Shown here: in pieces, positions 51,552 to 61,916 of the stretch
Layout: each line of letters opens with the position of its first letter
Position numbering within the stretch: the first letter of the stretch is position 1
Made by a program: the position numbers and the translations under genes
The notes under the pieces: model-generated
Database searches by the model: none
Seen by the model: the letters and a program-made list of their open reading frames with translations, nothing else
Told to the model about the DNA's origin: nothing
Source of the DNA: Pelagomonas calceolata
Taxonomy: Eukaryota
NCBI GenBank assembly: GCA_918797485.1
Contig: CAKKNE010000001.1
Span: 4,464,001 to 4,528,000 of the forward strand
Direction of reading: 5' to 3'
Length of the DNA stretch: 64,000 nucleotides

Positions 51552-52040
51552 ATGGCGGAAAACGTCGCAAAGCAAAAGCAGCCGACCCACACGGGCATCC
51601 CGATCAGCGAGTTCCTCGCCGGCCGCGGCGAGCCACCGCCGCCGCCGCCGCCGCCGCCGGCCCACACCGGCATCCCCATATCGGAATTCCTCGCCGGCCG
51701 CGGCGCCGCGCCCACCACGACGATGCCCGGGCCGTCACCCGGCACCGAGGCCGCGCTCGCACGGGGCATGGAGGCCGTGCGGGTCGGCGGCGCCACGGCC
51801 GCGCGGCCCCACGGCGGCATCCACATCTCCGAGTTCCTGCGGCGGCACGAGGGGCCCGCCGGCGTCGCGGCCGGCGCGCGCGTGCCGGCGGACGCCGTGC
51901 GGCGCATGCTCGAGAGTCTCCAGAAACCGGACGGCTCCGTGGACGCGGGCCAGCTCGTCGCGCGCATCGTCGAAATGTCCAAAGAGGGCGGCGACACGTG
52001 CGAGTACCGGATGGACGATGGAAATGATGGAGATTACTAA
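51552..52040 (+). CDS. Hypothetical protein with three H[TG]GI.ISEFL repeats
   Basis: ATG-initiated 162-aa ORF; internal repeat. Confidence 0.6.
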   Translation: MAENVAKQKQPTHTGIPISEFLAGRGEPPPPPPPPPAHTGIPISEFLAGRGAAPTTTMPGPSPGTEAALARGMEAVRVGGATAARPHGGIHISEFLRRHEGPAGVAAGARVPADAVRRMLESLQKPDGSVDAGQLVARIVEMSKEGGDTCEYRMDDGNDGDY

Positions 52041-52043
52041 CTG

Positions 52044-53348
52044 TTATATGTCTACAATATCTACCGAGTAGTTGTTGAAGTGGAAGTTCCAGTAGTCCTG
52101 CCCGGCCGGCAACTGCTCGGCGAGGACCTCGTTCGTCGCGGCCATGGCGCGCGACTGTAAGAACCGGTCCTCGTCGACGGCCGCCCAGTCGGCCGCGTAG
52201 TCGTCGCGGTCCGGCGCGACCCACGCGTGCGTCAGCCTGTTTTTGAGGCAGCGCCACAATACGAGGGTTGTGGCGGGCGTGCCCTTGACGACGGCCGCCA
52301 GGCCCGGCGCGCTCCCGGCCGCGTAGACGTCCAAGACTAACGTCGGGTGCGCCGGGTCCGGGTCCGATTCGGCCTCGTCGCCGCTCTCCATGAAGACTCG
52401 GATCGATGGCGACGCCTCGGTCAAACGCTCGGACGCCGCCACGATCGACTCCACAGCTTTCGCGCCCTGCTGCGCCGTCGGGCGCTTGCCGGCTCGGAGC
52501 GGCGCGACGGACAACCCATCTTCAGCGAAGCACTGCTCGATGGCCGCCTTGCGATGTTGTGGAGGCGCGTCGGAATTGAACACTTCCAGCAACCGATCGA
52601 CGAGCTGCGAGCAGCTAAACGAAAAGTCGGGCGGCGCCTCGTCGTTCTCTGGTGATGGTGCTCTTTGAGGTGGCGGCGTGGGCGGCCGCCGCGGCGGCGG
52701 CGGCGGCATCGCTCTTTTCGGAGACGGCGGCCGCCGCTGGGGGTGCCGCGGCGGCGGGGGCCGCCGCGGCGCCGGCGGCCGGCGCTCGCGCCGCAGCTTG
52801 TCGAGCGCGGCGCGCTCGCGGTCCTCGCGCGTGGGCTCTCTACTACGAGGCGAGGGCGACCGCCGCCGCCGCCGGCCCCGCGAGCGGCTCCGGCTCCGGT
52901 CGCGCCGCCGGCGCCCGCGGCTCCGGCTCCGGCTCCGGTCGCGGCGGCGGCGCCCGCGCGAGCGGCTCCGCGACCGCGACCGCGACCGCGGCGGCGGCGG
53001 CGCCTCCTCGACGGCGCCCTCCTCCCGCGCCGCGCGGACCCACAGGCCCTTCTCGTTCTGCACCATTTTGAGGCTGCCCTCGGCGGGCCGCGCCTGCGCG
53101 TCCGCGTCCCTCGCTTCTGAACCGAAGGTGCCGACGACGCCCCAGCCCACGGCGCCCTGCTCGAAGCCGCGGTTGGCTCTACCTTCATCGGCGTTCGTCG
53201 CCGCGCGGCGACCGGCCGCGAGCTTGCGTTGCTCCGTCTGGTCGCGGGCGACGACGTGGCTGTCGAAGTTCCGGTGTTTTGCTAATTTCGCCTCGTCCTG
53301 CTCCCAGCGCGGGGCTTCCGGGTCTGCTACGGGGACGAACTTGGGCAT
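52044..53348 (-). CDS. RS/Pro-rich protein with an uncharacterised C-terminal globular domain
   Basis: 434-aa ORF; RSRSRS tract. Confidence 0.7.
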   Translation of the reverse strand: MPKFVPVADPEAPRWEQDEAKLAKHRNFDSHVVARDQTEQRKLAAGRRAATNADEGRANRGFEQGAVGWGVVGTFGSEARDADAQARPAEGSLKMVQNEKGLWVRAAREEGAVEEAPPPPRSRSRSRSRSRGRRRRDRSRSRSRGRRRRDRSRSRSRGRRRRRSPSPRSREPTREDRERAALDKLRRERRPPAPRRPPPPRHPQRRPPSPKRAMPPPPPRRPPTPPPQRAPSPENDEAPPDFSFSCSQLVDRLLEVFNSDAPPQHRKAAIEQCFAEDGLSVAPLRAGKRPTAQQGAKAVESIVAASERLTEASPSIRVFMESGDEAESDPDPAHPTLVLDVYAAGSAPGLAAVVKGTPATTLVLWRCLKNRLTHAWVAPDRDDYAADWAAVDEDRFLQSRAMAATNEVLAEQLPAGQDYWNFHFNNYSVDIVDI

Positions 53349-53779
53349 GGTTTTGCTGCTGTTGTCGCGTGCTACTTTGGCAGTGTGTTCAGGGTGCAGC
53401 TATTGAGCGCGGCGGAGCTGTTCCTTGCCGTGATTCGCTGCGAGGGCTTGCGAAATAGGTCCGTCGGCTCTGCCAGCTCGTGTGGGGAGCTGTGCGCCTC
53501 GTTTAGCGTGTTTTTTTGTGTGAATAATGTAGTAGCAAAAGTATGGTACCTTTTTTTTACCCCCCCCCCTCGGCCCAAGCCCAAAAAAAAAAGTGGCATC
53601 ACCTTTTGTGCTCAAAAGCGAGCGACGGGCGAAAGTATAGCACTCGAAGAGCTGTGTTCACTTTCGCATTGCCAACACCTTGACCTCGACCTCGTGCAGC
53701 GATTTTAGCAACGAGCAAGCAACCGCTGCAGACTAGGCATACTTGTCGGCCTCGCGCCGCCGCCGACGCGACAGCAGCG

Positions 53780-55189
53780 ATGGCGACAACAAACATAACA
53801 CTCACAACCACGACGCGCATGGCCCTCGCGCGCACGCCCATCCTCGAGGAGTTACATCTGTGGGCTTTACTGGGCTACACGTGCGTCACCGGTACCTTAG
53901 CTCTCATCTGTCTCTTGTGCGCGCACCAACTCCAAAAGGCCCACGACCGGGAAGCAGCGCGAGAAGCAAGAGAGGCCAGAAGAGGAGACTACGCCCCATG
54001 GTCAGTAGTAACTGAAAACGGCGCCAAAAGTACGTCACCATGGAGGCCTAGAGCGGCAACATATGCGAGGATCGCGGCCTACGCCTTCGCGTGGTGGGCC
54101 TTATCTGTGTCCTTTACGCTGGTGAACAAGTACTTCCTGTACTACTGGAAACCACCTACGAAACCTGGGGTCTTTGTGCCTCCCGGCTTTCCTTTCGCTG
54201 TTACTACTACTACATTACATTTGACCATGAAAGTAGTGTTGTCGACATTAACGATACGGTGGCGGCAATATAGGTTAGCGAAGCGACTCGCGTCGGACGA
54301 GGCCTCCGCGGAAGAAGCGAATAGTATCGTCGTGCCCGAACAGCTCTCTTCCAGTGCAAGGTGGAAGTACGCCTACTCTACGGGAGCTACGACAGCATTA
54401 GATATCGCCACCTCAAATCTAGCTTTATTGTTTGTCACCGTGTCCTTTTATACGGTGGCCAAAACCACAACCCTAGCCTGGACGTTAATTTGGGCGACAC
54501 TGTTCAAACTGGAACCTTGTCGACTGAGGACGTTCTTTATCGTGTTGCTGATCGTCGGTGGCTTGATCCTGGCGACGGAGGGAGAACGCCACCAGACGTA
54601 CGGCTTTTCGGTCGTTGGCACTATTTTAGTGCTCGTGGCGGCGTGTTTAGGTGGCGCGCGGTGGTGTTTGACGCAGGCGCTGTTTGCCCACGACACGGCG
54701 TGTGCCGAAGATCCTGTGGTCGTCGTCTACCACGTCTCGCCGGCCGGCGTCTTGACGTTGCTCCCGATCGCTCTCTTGTGGGAGTTTCCCCGTTTGTGGT
54801 TCTGGGCGAAGTTAGTGTCGACGGAGGGCGTCGTCGCGGCCTTCTCCTTTGCTTGTGCTGCTGGTTGTATTGCGTACCTGATGCTCCTGGCCGAGGTGAA
54901 GTTGTTGCATGAGACGTCTTCTTTATCACTGAGCGTGGGCGGCGCCCTGAAGGACGTCAGTCAGATCGCGCTCGCGTCCGTGACGTTCGGCGACGAGATC
55001 ACGGTCGCGTCGGCGGCGGGCCTCGCTTTGGTCATCGCCGCGTCGCTGGCCTACGCGAAGTCGCGGTCGGGCCGGCGGCGGGCCGCGTCGATCGCCGAGG
55101 GCACGACGCGCTACGCGCGCGTGGAGATGAAGGCGGAGTTCGACGACGCGCTTGATGATGACGATCTGAACGACAACGACCTTCTATAA
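53780..55189 (+). CDS. Triose-phosphate/nucleotide-sugar transporter family (SLC35C2-like)
   Basis: LVNKY, FPF..T..H, ALDI..SN.AL..VTVSFYTV.KTT, LGGARWCLTQ, TSSLSLSVGG.LKD; about 10 TM helices. Confidence 0.88.
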   Translation: MATTNITLTTTTRMALARTPILEELHLWALLGYTCVTGTLALICLLCAHQLQKAHDREAAREAREARRGDYAPWSVVTENGAKSTSPWRPRAATYARIAAYAFAWWALSVSFTLVNKYFLYYWKPPTKPGVFVPPGFPFAVTTTTLHLTMKVVLSTLTIRWRQYRLAKRLASDEASAEEANSIVVPEQLSSSARWKYAYSTGATTALDIATSNLALLFVTVSFYTVAKTTTLAWTLIWATLFKLEPCRLRTFFIVLLIVGGLILATEGERHQTYGFSVVGTILVLVAACLGGARWCLTQALFAHDTACAEDPVVVVYHVSPAGVLTLLPIALLWEFPRLWFWAKLVSTEGVVAAFSFACAAGCIAYLMLLAEVKLLHETSSLSLSVGGALKDVSQIALASVTFGDEITVASAAGLALVIAASLAYAKSRSGRRRAASIAEGTTRYARVEMKAEFDDALDDDDLNDNDLL

Positions 55190-55197
55190 ATGTAAGT

Positions 55198-55692
55198 TTA
55201 TTGTGATACAATTAGGGCAAACAGCAGCGCTATCGCTAGCGCGGCGAGGGGTGTGCGCGCCGCCGCCGCGTCGATCGTGTCGCGCGGCGTACACGTGACC
55301 TTTCCGTCTGTGGCGTTGCGGCCCATCGCCGGGGCGCTCCAGAAGAAATCCTGGCAGGCCTTCATGGCCGCGACGGTCGGCCAGCACACCTCGGACCCGG
55401 CGCACAAGGAGCAGCTCGTCGCGTCAGAGGGTATGCTCATGTAAGTCGCGTCAGAAATAAGAGCCCTGCAGCCGGCCATGGTGGCGCAGGTGGCATCGAT
55501 GTGTGCGGTGTCGCCGGTTTGCCCGGAGCACGTACACGTAGTACTGGTGCCGTCGTCGACGACCACGGGGATGACCGTGCATGGGGGGCACTTGTTGTCG
55601 GCGCAGCAGCCGTTCAGCCCCTTATCCATGCCGTCGGCGCACGGCCCGGCTTGTATGGTGCGTACGGCGAGGAGGAGCGCGAAGCGTTTCAT
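55198..55692 (-). CDS. Small Cys-rich secreted protein with hydrophobic C-terminus (possible GPI anchor)
   Basis: Signal peptide, about 14 Cys, hydrophobic tail. Confidence 0.7.
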   Translation of the reverse strand: MKRFALLLAVRTIQAGPCADGMDKGLNGCCADNKCPPCTVIPVVVDDGTSTTCTCSGQTGDTAHIDATCATMAGCRALISDATYMSIPSDATSCSLCAGSEVCWPTVAAMKACQDFFWSAPAMGRNATDGKVTCTPRDTIDAAAARTPLAALAIALLFALIVSQ

Positions 55693-56277
55693 CGAACGTG
55701 TGGAGCGCGGAGAGAAGCGAAGAGGAGCGCGCGACGAAGAAGCGTGATAGCGAGCGACGAGCTTGTAGTTTGTAGTGGCAGCCTAATACCACTCTTGTCT
55801 CAAACTGTGGGCGCGGGGCAGCCCTAAATCAGAGCTGGCGCGCCCTACACAAAAGAGGACGCCTCCTGCATGGGCCGAACTCTTGCATAAATAAGGGCAG
55901 CCCCCGCGACACTCTTGTGGGGCAGCCGCGCTGTGCTTGACACTTCGAGCTTGGGCCCCGAAACGGCCGCGCCCCACGCGGTCAACGCAGGCCCCGAGGC
56001 GTGCCCGGAATCGTGTTTGACAACAGAGACGGTCAAAGGGCGACCACGCTCATCAAACCCGACACGGGCCCAATCGAACTGCTGCCACCCGTCGGCTCCG
56101 CCCCTCCTAGGACGGGATAGCGGGCCGGACGCGCCCCGGGCAGCCTCAGCCGCGGGGGGAGCGAACGAGCAGAAGCGCTGCGGAGCTCCGACCGGGCGGG
56201 CGCGCGCCGCACAGACTGCCTGGAAGACGCTTCGTCGGCAGTGCGCGCGGGCGGCACGCCGACGGAGAAGCGGCACC

Positions 56278-58314
56278 ATGCCGGCTCTCGAGGTCGACCC
56301 CGAGGAGCCGGGCCAGGGCATGGCGCCTTCTCGCAGTATCCTGGCGGGGACCTATAACCAGACGTACCTCATTCGCACGCCGGACGCGGGCGAAGATGCC
56401 AGGGAGGCCAAAGGTCTGAGCGACGATTCGGACGACGGCGACAGCGATTCCTATGTGGAACGAAGGGTCATGTTTCGCTGCGGGAACTGGTGCTATACGG
56501 GGAATATCACGCTCGAGAAATCTAGAGTACTACTCTCTGATTTACCTAGAGTCATCCCGACGCTACAACGACAACAGAACCGACTCCACTTCTACTGCAA
56601 CGCTTCCAGTGTCCCCTCCGAGTCGTCTTTTAAAGAACCGATGGCCTTTGTGAACGAGGCCGCGGAGTTCGCCGCCCGAGAACTCGCCTCGGATACGGTC
56701 CATGATGAATTGAGAAAGTGGACGGACGTGTATGGATGGATGGAGAACGACCAGGCCAACACCTACTTTGAAATTCAGTGCTGCCCGCCGCCCTGCATGG
56801 ACGGCATCGCGCTGGCGGCGTCCAAGACGTATGCCCGCGGGTTGGTCTTCATCGCCGTGTATTTCGACCGGGCGTTGTACGTCGTGGTCCAGGATGGGGA
56901 AGGAGACCAACCACTCCTAGATGTCAAGTTTCCCGACGTGAGTTGTCCGGGGCAAGGTATTCATGTCGCGACGTACGGCGGCGAGCAGCGCACGTGGCTC
57001 AAACTCGCGCTGTGGCACTCTTTAGCGCAAGATCCTTCTCGGCAAGTAGACGGGCCCCGTAGATCTTCTCCACAAAAACAACCCAAGACCACGAACCTCA
57101 CGACTGACTCCTACGTGCAGATGTACACGGTGCTCAAAGCGTCGAAGGATGAAAAGGTCCAAAGTGTCGGGTCTACCGCGCATCATGACGTGTTGTTTAG
57201 ATTCGGGTCCTGGTGCTACGCCGGTTCCGTGCAGTTGACGCCTCTGTTAGACTTAGCTGACTTACCGCACTTAATCCCAGCTTTGAGGATGCAGCAATCA
57301 AGATTGGACTTTATTTGTGACGTGTCGCAGATGCCTTTGTCGTCCCCATTTGCCAAGCCCATGGGCTACTTCGCGTCCATCGCGCCGGCCATGGAGAAAG
57401 AGCTCGTGCAAGCCGAGGGCGTCCTCGCGAAGCTCCTAGCCCAACTCGATCGCTTCGAGGTCGGTGGCTCCGTATCATCGTGGCTGGAAGGCGACTCGAC
57501 CCAGTCCTTTTTTGAATTTCAGATGTCCCAAGATAAAGAGGTGGAAAAGGCGTTCCGGAACGTCGAGTTGTTGGCGGCAAAAACTTATACGGCTACCGGA
57601 GTAGTTCTGATAGCCATCTACTTCCAGGGCACTTTTTACGTCGTATTAGGTGAAACTACCGGAGAACAACCTTTACTAGATAGTAGGTTCCCCGACGTCT
57701 CAGCCAAGGGCCGAGGCTACTTGGTAAGTTCCTACGGCGACGGGACCATGACCTGGCCCCAGCTCCGCAAGGTCAGCATCTGGCAGACGGCCGCGGCCAT
57801 GCAGTCGGAACTGGAAGCGCGAGGCGTGAAAGCCAGCGATGGTGACGACGAGGCCGAAGTCCACGTCGTCACGGGCAAACCGATCACAAGGGACCCCTTG
57901 GAGGCGGCGCGCATGGGCGGCGAGGACGCCAAGAGTGTGAGGAAGACGGCCATCGTCACGCCCAGTTACGCGGAGCCCGCCTCGCAAGCAAAAGACGACG
58001 ACGCACCGGCGAGGTCACCCGCGAAAGAAGAGGACGACGACGACGAGGACAAGGAAAATCAAAATGATGAAGAAAGCAAGGCCGCGCGCGACCGTAGGAT
58101 TGACGAGTTATTGCGAGCGCAGCCGAAGAAGAAGTCGCTGGGCGGGCTGTCGCCGTTGGGCTCCAAGGTCAACGCGCCGCACCGCATCAAGGCGAACGAC
58201 CAGATCACGGAGAAGCTCGCGAAGATGCGCAAGGACCTCTCCGCGCAGGGGTTGGGGGGAGACGCGCCGTGGGATGAATTTGGGAGACCGCGCGTCCAGG
58301 CCTTCAAGAAGTAG
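56278..58314 (+). CDS. Hypothetical protein made of two tandem copies of an unknown ~200-aa domain
   Basis: V.FR.G.WCY.G...L..L.DLP..IP.L..QQ.RL.F.C, FE.Q, LA.KTY, IA.YF....YVV and QPLLD..FPDVS each occur twice. Confidence 0.75.
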   Translation: MPALEVDPEEPGQGMAPSRSILAGTYNQTYLIRTPDAGEDAREAKGLSDDSDDGDSDSYVERRVMFRCGNWCYTGNITLEKSRVLLSDLPRVIPTLQRQQNRLHFYCNASSVPSESSFKEPMAFVNEAAEFAARELASDTVHDELRKWTDVYGWMENDQANTYFEIQCCPPPCMDGIALAASKTYARGLVFIAVYFDRALYVVVQDGEGDQPLLDVKFPDVSCPGQGIHVATYGGEQRTWLKLALWHSLAQDPSRQVDGPRRSSPQKQPKTTNLTTDSYVQMYTVLKASKDEKVQSVGSTAHHDVLFRFGSWCYAGSVQLTPLLDLADLPHLIPALRMQQSRLDFICDVSQMPLSSPFAKPMGYFASIAPAMEKELVQAEGVLAKLLAQLDRFEVGGSVSSWLEGDSTQSFFEFQMSQDKEVEKAFRNVELLAAKTYTATGVVLIAIYFQGTFYVVLGETTGEQPLLDSRFPDVSAKGRGYLVSSYGDGTMTWPQLRKVSIWQTAAAMQSELEARGVKASDGDDEAEVHVVTGKPITRDPLEAARMGGEDAKSVRKTAIVTPSYAEPASQAKDDDAPARSPAKEEDDDDEDKENQNDEESKAARDRRIDELLRAQPKKKSLGGLSPLGSKVNAPHRIKANDQITEKLAKMRKDLSAQGLGGDAPWDEFGRPRVQAFKK

Positions 58315-58440
58315 CTTTGGTTCTGGGCCTAATTGCTCCTTACTAGTACTTTCCTATCCTGAGACCTACGCAACCGCAGGGGCGTATCCGTCTACTGACA
58401 CGAAAGTATTAATTACGCCGTCGACGCGTCTGCGACGCCG

Positions 58441-59217
58441 TCAAGCGCCCGCCCGGCTCGCAAGTAATGCACTCAAAGCTTTGTCGACGTCGTTCCCGGC
58501 GTCGCGCAAGGCCCGCTCCGCCTCGTCGGCGCCGAAACCCATGTCCGTGAACGTCAGAATGCGGCTGTCGACGATCGTCGCTGCCGACGCATTCCGCGGC
58601 ACGTCATCGCGCCAGCCGCCCTTGTTCGGGTCGTTTGGCGGGGCCTCGGGCCGCTTGCGCGGATGTTCCGCGCTGGGGTAGGGGTGCGCCGCCTCGGCCA
58701 AGACGTCGTGCGGAGAATCGTTGTAGTAGCCCTGGCCGTACGTCGGCGCGCGCCGCCGGTCCTGGGTAGCATCTGGGTGAGGCGCCTGTGCCCGTCTTCG
58801 TGCCAATAACGCGGTCAGCGCGGCGTCGACGTCATTGGCATGCTCTTTCAGGGCCGCCTCGGTCTCGTCGACAGAAAACCCCATCTCGCGGAAGCGCCGC
58901 AACCTCGAGTCGACTATCAGGGAAGCGTTCTCCTCCCTTATTGGCACTCCATCAAGAAAGCCGCCCTTGTCCGGGTCCGGCCGCGCCGGCTGGAACGGCT
59001 TCCGTCGGCCGTCGTCGTACGCCGCGGGGTGCGTCGCGAGGATGTCAAAAGCGTCCTCGTCGGGCATCGTCGCCGCCGTCAAGAGGTCCAAGGCCCGGTT
59101 CACGTCGTCTTTCGTGCGTCGCAAGGCTTCCCGGACGTCCGCCTCGGGGAAGCCCATGCTCCGCAGCATGGAGGCGTCGACCTTCTCCTCCTGCTCGGCC
59201 GTGCCGAAGTGGGCCAT
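58441..59217 (-). CDS. Triple-UBA-domain protein
   Basis: Three MGF...AL....ND.D.AL..L units. Confidence 0.85.
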   Translation of the reverse strand: MAHFGTAEQEEKVDASMLRSMGFPEADVREALRRTKDDVNRALDLLTAATMPDEDAFDILATHPAAYDDGRRKPFQPARPDPDKGGFLDGVPIREENASLIVDSRLRRFREMGFSVDETEAALKEHANDVDAALTALLARRRAQAPHPDATQDRRRAPTYGQGYYNDSPHDVLAEAAHPYPSAEHPRKRPEAPPNDPNKGGWRDDVPRNASAATIVDSRILTFTDMGFGADEAERALRDAGNDVDKALSALLASRAGA

Positions 59218-59775
59218 ACTCCCCGCTTTGGGGCTCGCGTCGAGTAGATCTCTGTTGCGTGCGCAGGGCCGCTGTGCCGCTGTGGCAGTGTTTTCTTTCG
59301 GCCGCGGCGGCGAAGGGCTGCCCGTCCCCCGTTGCTGGGCGTTGAGTGGGCCCGTTGCGACCTGCTGATTGCGTTGCCTCGAGCGGTCGCGCGCGTTTCG
59401 GGCGCCGCAGAGCAGCAACTTTGCAACAACCAAGCTCTGCCTTCGCAGATCATCGAGGTGCCGGCTTGGTGTCGTTCGTACGGCTGCCCGAGACGTTCCC
59501 GAAGCCTCCATGAGTTCAAAGCGACGTCGCGATAAAACCCGCACTCAGGATCGTCCGCGCCGCGCCTCGCGCGCGGGCGCTGCTGGGCGTGTAGCGCTGC
59601 TTTCTGCGGTACCAACAATCACATTGCTGCAATTGCTGCGCCTGCAGCCAGTATCATAGCGTAGTTTGACCGCTAAGCCGCTGCTCTCCGTGCCCTGAAG
59701 AGCGCCGCGCGCACACGCGCCGACAGCGGTGCACGCACACGCAGCACGCCGTCGAGGCGCGCAGCAAGATTAAAA

Positions 59776-60567
59776 ATGAACGGCGGCCGCCTCACGCTGG
59801 CGCCGGACGAGACCGCGCGCGAGTATTTAAGAAGAGCGTGCGCCGCGCCGCGGTCGCTGGGCATCCCGGCGCTCGGCGAGGCCGATCGACGGGGCGAAGT
59901 CGTGGAATTGTACGGCCCGGCGGCCGCGGGCAAGACGTCTTTATTGTTACAAATCTGCGCGAGCTGGTGCCTGCCGGACTCGCACGGCGGCGGATGTAGG
60001 AAAGTAGTGTGGTTGGATTGTGATGGAAGACTGAGGCCGTCGCGTTTGAGAGCTTCGATCTACGCCTATGCTGCTAGAGCATGTGAACGAGGAGCCCAGG
60101 AGGCGGCCGCCGACGCCTTACAAAGGGTACAAGTAGCGTACTGCGCGTCATCTCTGGAATTCCTCTGCGCGTTGGAAGGGATCTCCCATTTGGAGGGCGA
60201 GGCGCCATTAATACTGGTGGACTCCATCGGCGGCTTTTTTTGGAGGGAGGTCAAGCCGGCCGAGGACCAATGCGCCGCGCCCTCGCTCTTCCAGGCCTGC
60301 GTCCGCGCCGTCGGTAGGCTATCTTCGAGACGAAAAGCTATCATCGTGTGCGCCAAGCCCAAGTTCTTCCGGGCGAATGCGATCGGAGATCACCGCGAGT
60401 ACCTCCCGCGCGAGTGGACGTTGCTGGTCAAAAGACGTCTGGTGCTGGCGCGCGTGTCCGCGGAGCGGCTCGTCGCGCGGTTCGGCGACCCGCAGACGGA
60501 CTACTCGGGGTCCTTCTCGTTTGGGGTCGGCGCGGACGGGTGCTGCGCGTTCGGCGACGTGCGCTAG
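59776..60567 (+). CDS. XRCC2: RAD51 paralog, XRCC2-like
   Basis: ETAREYL N-terminus, VVELYGPAAAGKT, C.LP...GG...V..LDCDGR, ILVDSIGGFFW, HREYLP..W..LV..R. Confidence 0.8.
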   Translation: MNGGRLTLAPDETAREYLRRACAAPRSLGIPALGEADRRGEVVELYGPAAAGKTSLLLQICASWCLPDSHGGGCRKVVWLDCDGRLRPSRLRASIYAYAARACERGAQEAAADALQRVQVAYCASSLEFLCALEGISHLEGEAPLILVDSIGGFFWREVKPAEDQCAAPSLFQACVRAVGRLSSRRKAIIVCAKPKFFRANAIGDHREYLPREWTLLVKRRLVLARVSAERLVARFGDPQTDYSGSFSFGVGADGCCAFGDVR

Positions 60568-60889
60568 TCTGTCGCGTCGATGGCGTGGTGGGGCGGCCGT
60601 TGCTAAGATGTGTGTGTTGATCTATCTGCGTGTTTTCGCGTGGCTTATCTCTGCGGAACATATATATATCTGTGTGTACCGTATACCATACATAAACCTG
60701 TTTTGCCTCGAGGCGCGCGAGCTGTCCGCGCAAGGCAAACGCCGACGCGGCAGACATTTATCGTCCCTTCTCTATAGCGCGATCACCGAGAACCGGTGCC
60801 GCCGAGGCATAGAATAGCCTGCAGGGCATAAACCTCTTTTTCCAGCTCCTCAGGGAGCGCCGCGTCGACGCGCGCGTCAATAACGTATC

Positions 60890-61590
60890 ATGGGCTCCGG
60901 CCCCAACGGCTGCTTCACGCCGCGGACGTACCAGCACGTCAACCTCGGCGTCGCGGGCATCGTCCTCTACCCGATCGCCCTGCTCTGGTCGTTCGTGGGC
61001 ACGCAGTACATCGCTGACGAGTATTTTAGCGTCGCGCTCGACGGTATTGTCGAGCTGTACCACATAGATCCGGACGGTTTCGCGCAGCGTCGAAATGGGG
61101 CCTTCAGTCGCGGACTCATCACTGCGTCTGCATCGCGTACCTGATGGTCGCTTGGTTGGAAACGAGCGCGTGCGTCCTCGGCGTGCCGACGATCTCCCTC
61201 TCGCTGTTGCTGGCGGCAAGCGGTACCTCGTTGCCGAATTGCCTCGTGGCGATGTACGTCGCCAAGAAGGGCCGGGGCACGACGGCCGTCTCCACCGTCT
61301 TCGGCTCGAACATCTTCGACATCCTCATCGCGCTCGCTTTACCGTGGGCCATCTACTCGTCGATCTTCGGCCCGATCACGGTCTTCGAGTCATTAGGCTT
61401 CGGCACGGCCTACGCCCTCACGACGATCATGATCGCGACGTTCGCTTTGTTCGTGATCCTCTCGGCCACGAACGCCTGGGTCGTGACGCACCCGCACGCG
61501 TGGATCTACCTCGCGATCTATGCCGCCTTCGTCGTATACGTCATTCTCGACGCGATCCCGGGCATCGTCCCGGGGCCGGCGTCGCGCTGA
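60890..61590 (+). pseudogene. Internally deleted or frameshifted K+-dependent Na+/Ca2+ exchanger (SLC24/NCKX-like)
   Basis: N-part IADEYFSVALD.I.E...IDPD; C-part LAASGTSLPN...GSNIFDIL..LALPW. The alpha-1 repeat and central loop are missing, and the two parts are in different frames. Confidence 0.65.
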
Positions 61591-61916
61591 GCGGCATCCG
61601 TCCTCCCCCCACACGTCCCCGCCGCCGCGCTAGTAACTATCCCCCGTCTATTATTCCGGCTAGTACTGCTAGCCTAAGACTCCGCACGGTTCCCGGGGAC
61701 GGATGGCCACGGCGGCGTTGAGGCCACAACGCAGATCTCACACTGTTCCTCGCAGAGCGCCTGTTACACGCGCCACCACGCCACGCCCCAGTCGCTGCAC
61801 CCACCGCAGTATTGCCTGCGCACGCGCCTGTTACCCGCGCGCCAACCTCGTCCATCGCGGGCTGCCTCGTTCCCCAGCGGCAGCAAAGCAACAGTCTCGA
61901 CGCCAAGCGCTGAACA

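Noticed and set aside
53551..53592. T8/C10/A10 homopolymer cluster as a terminator or ncRNA
   Set aside because: No convincing stem; likely promoter poly(dA:dT) low complexity.
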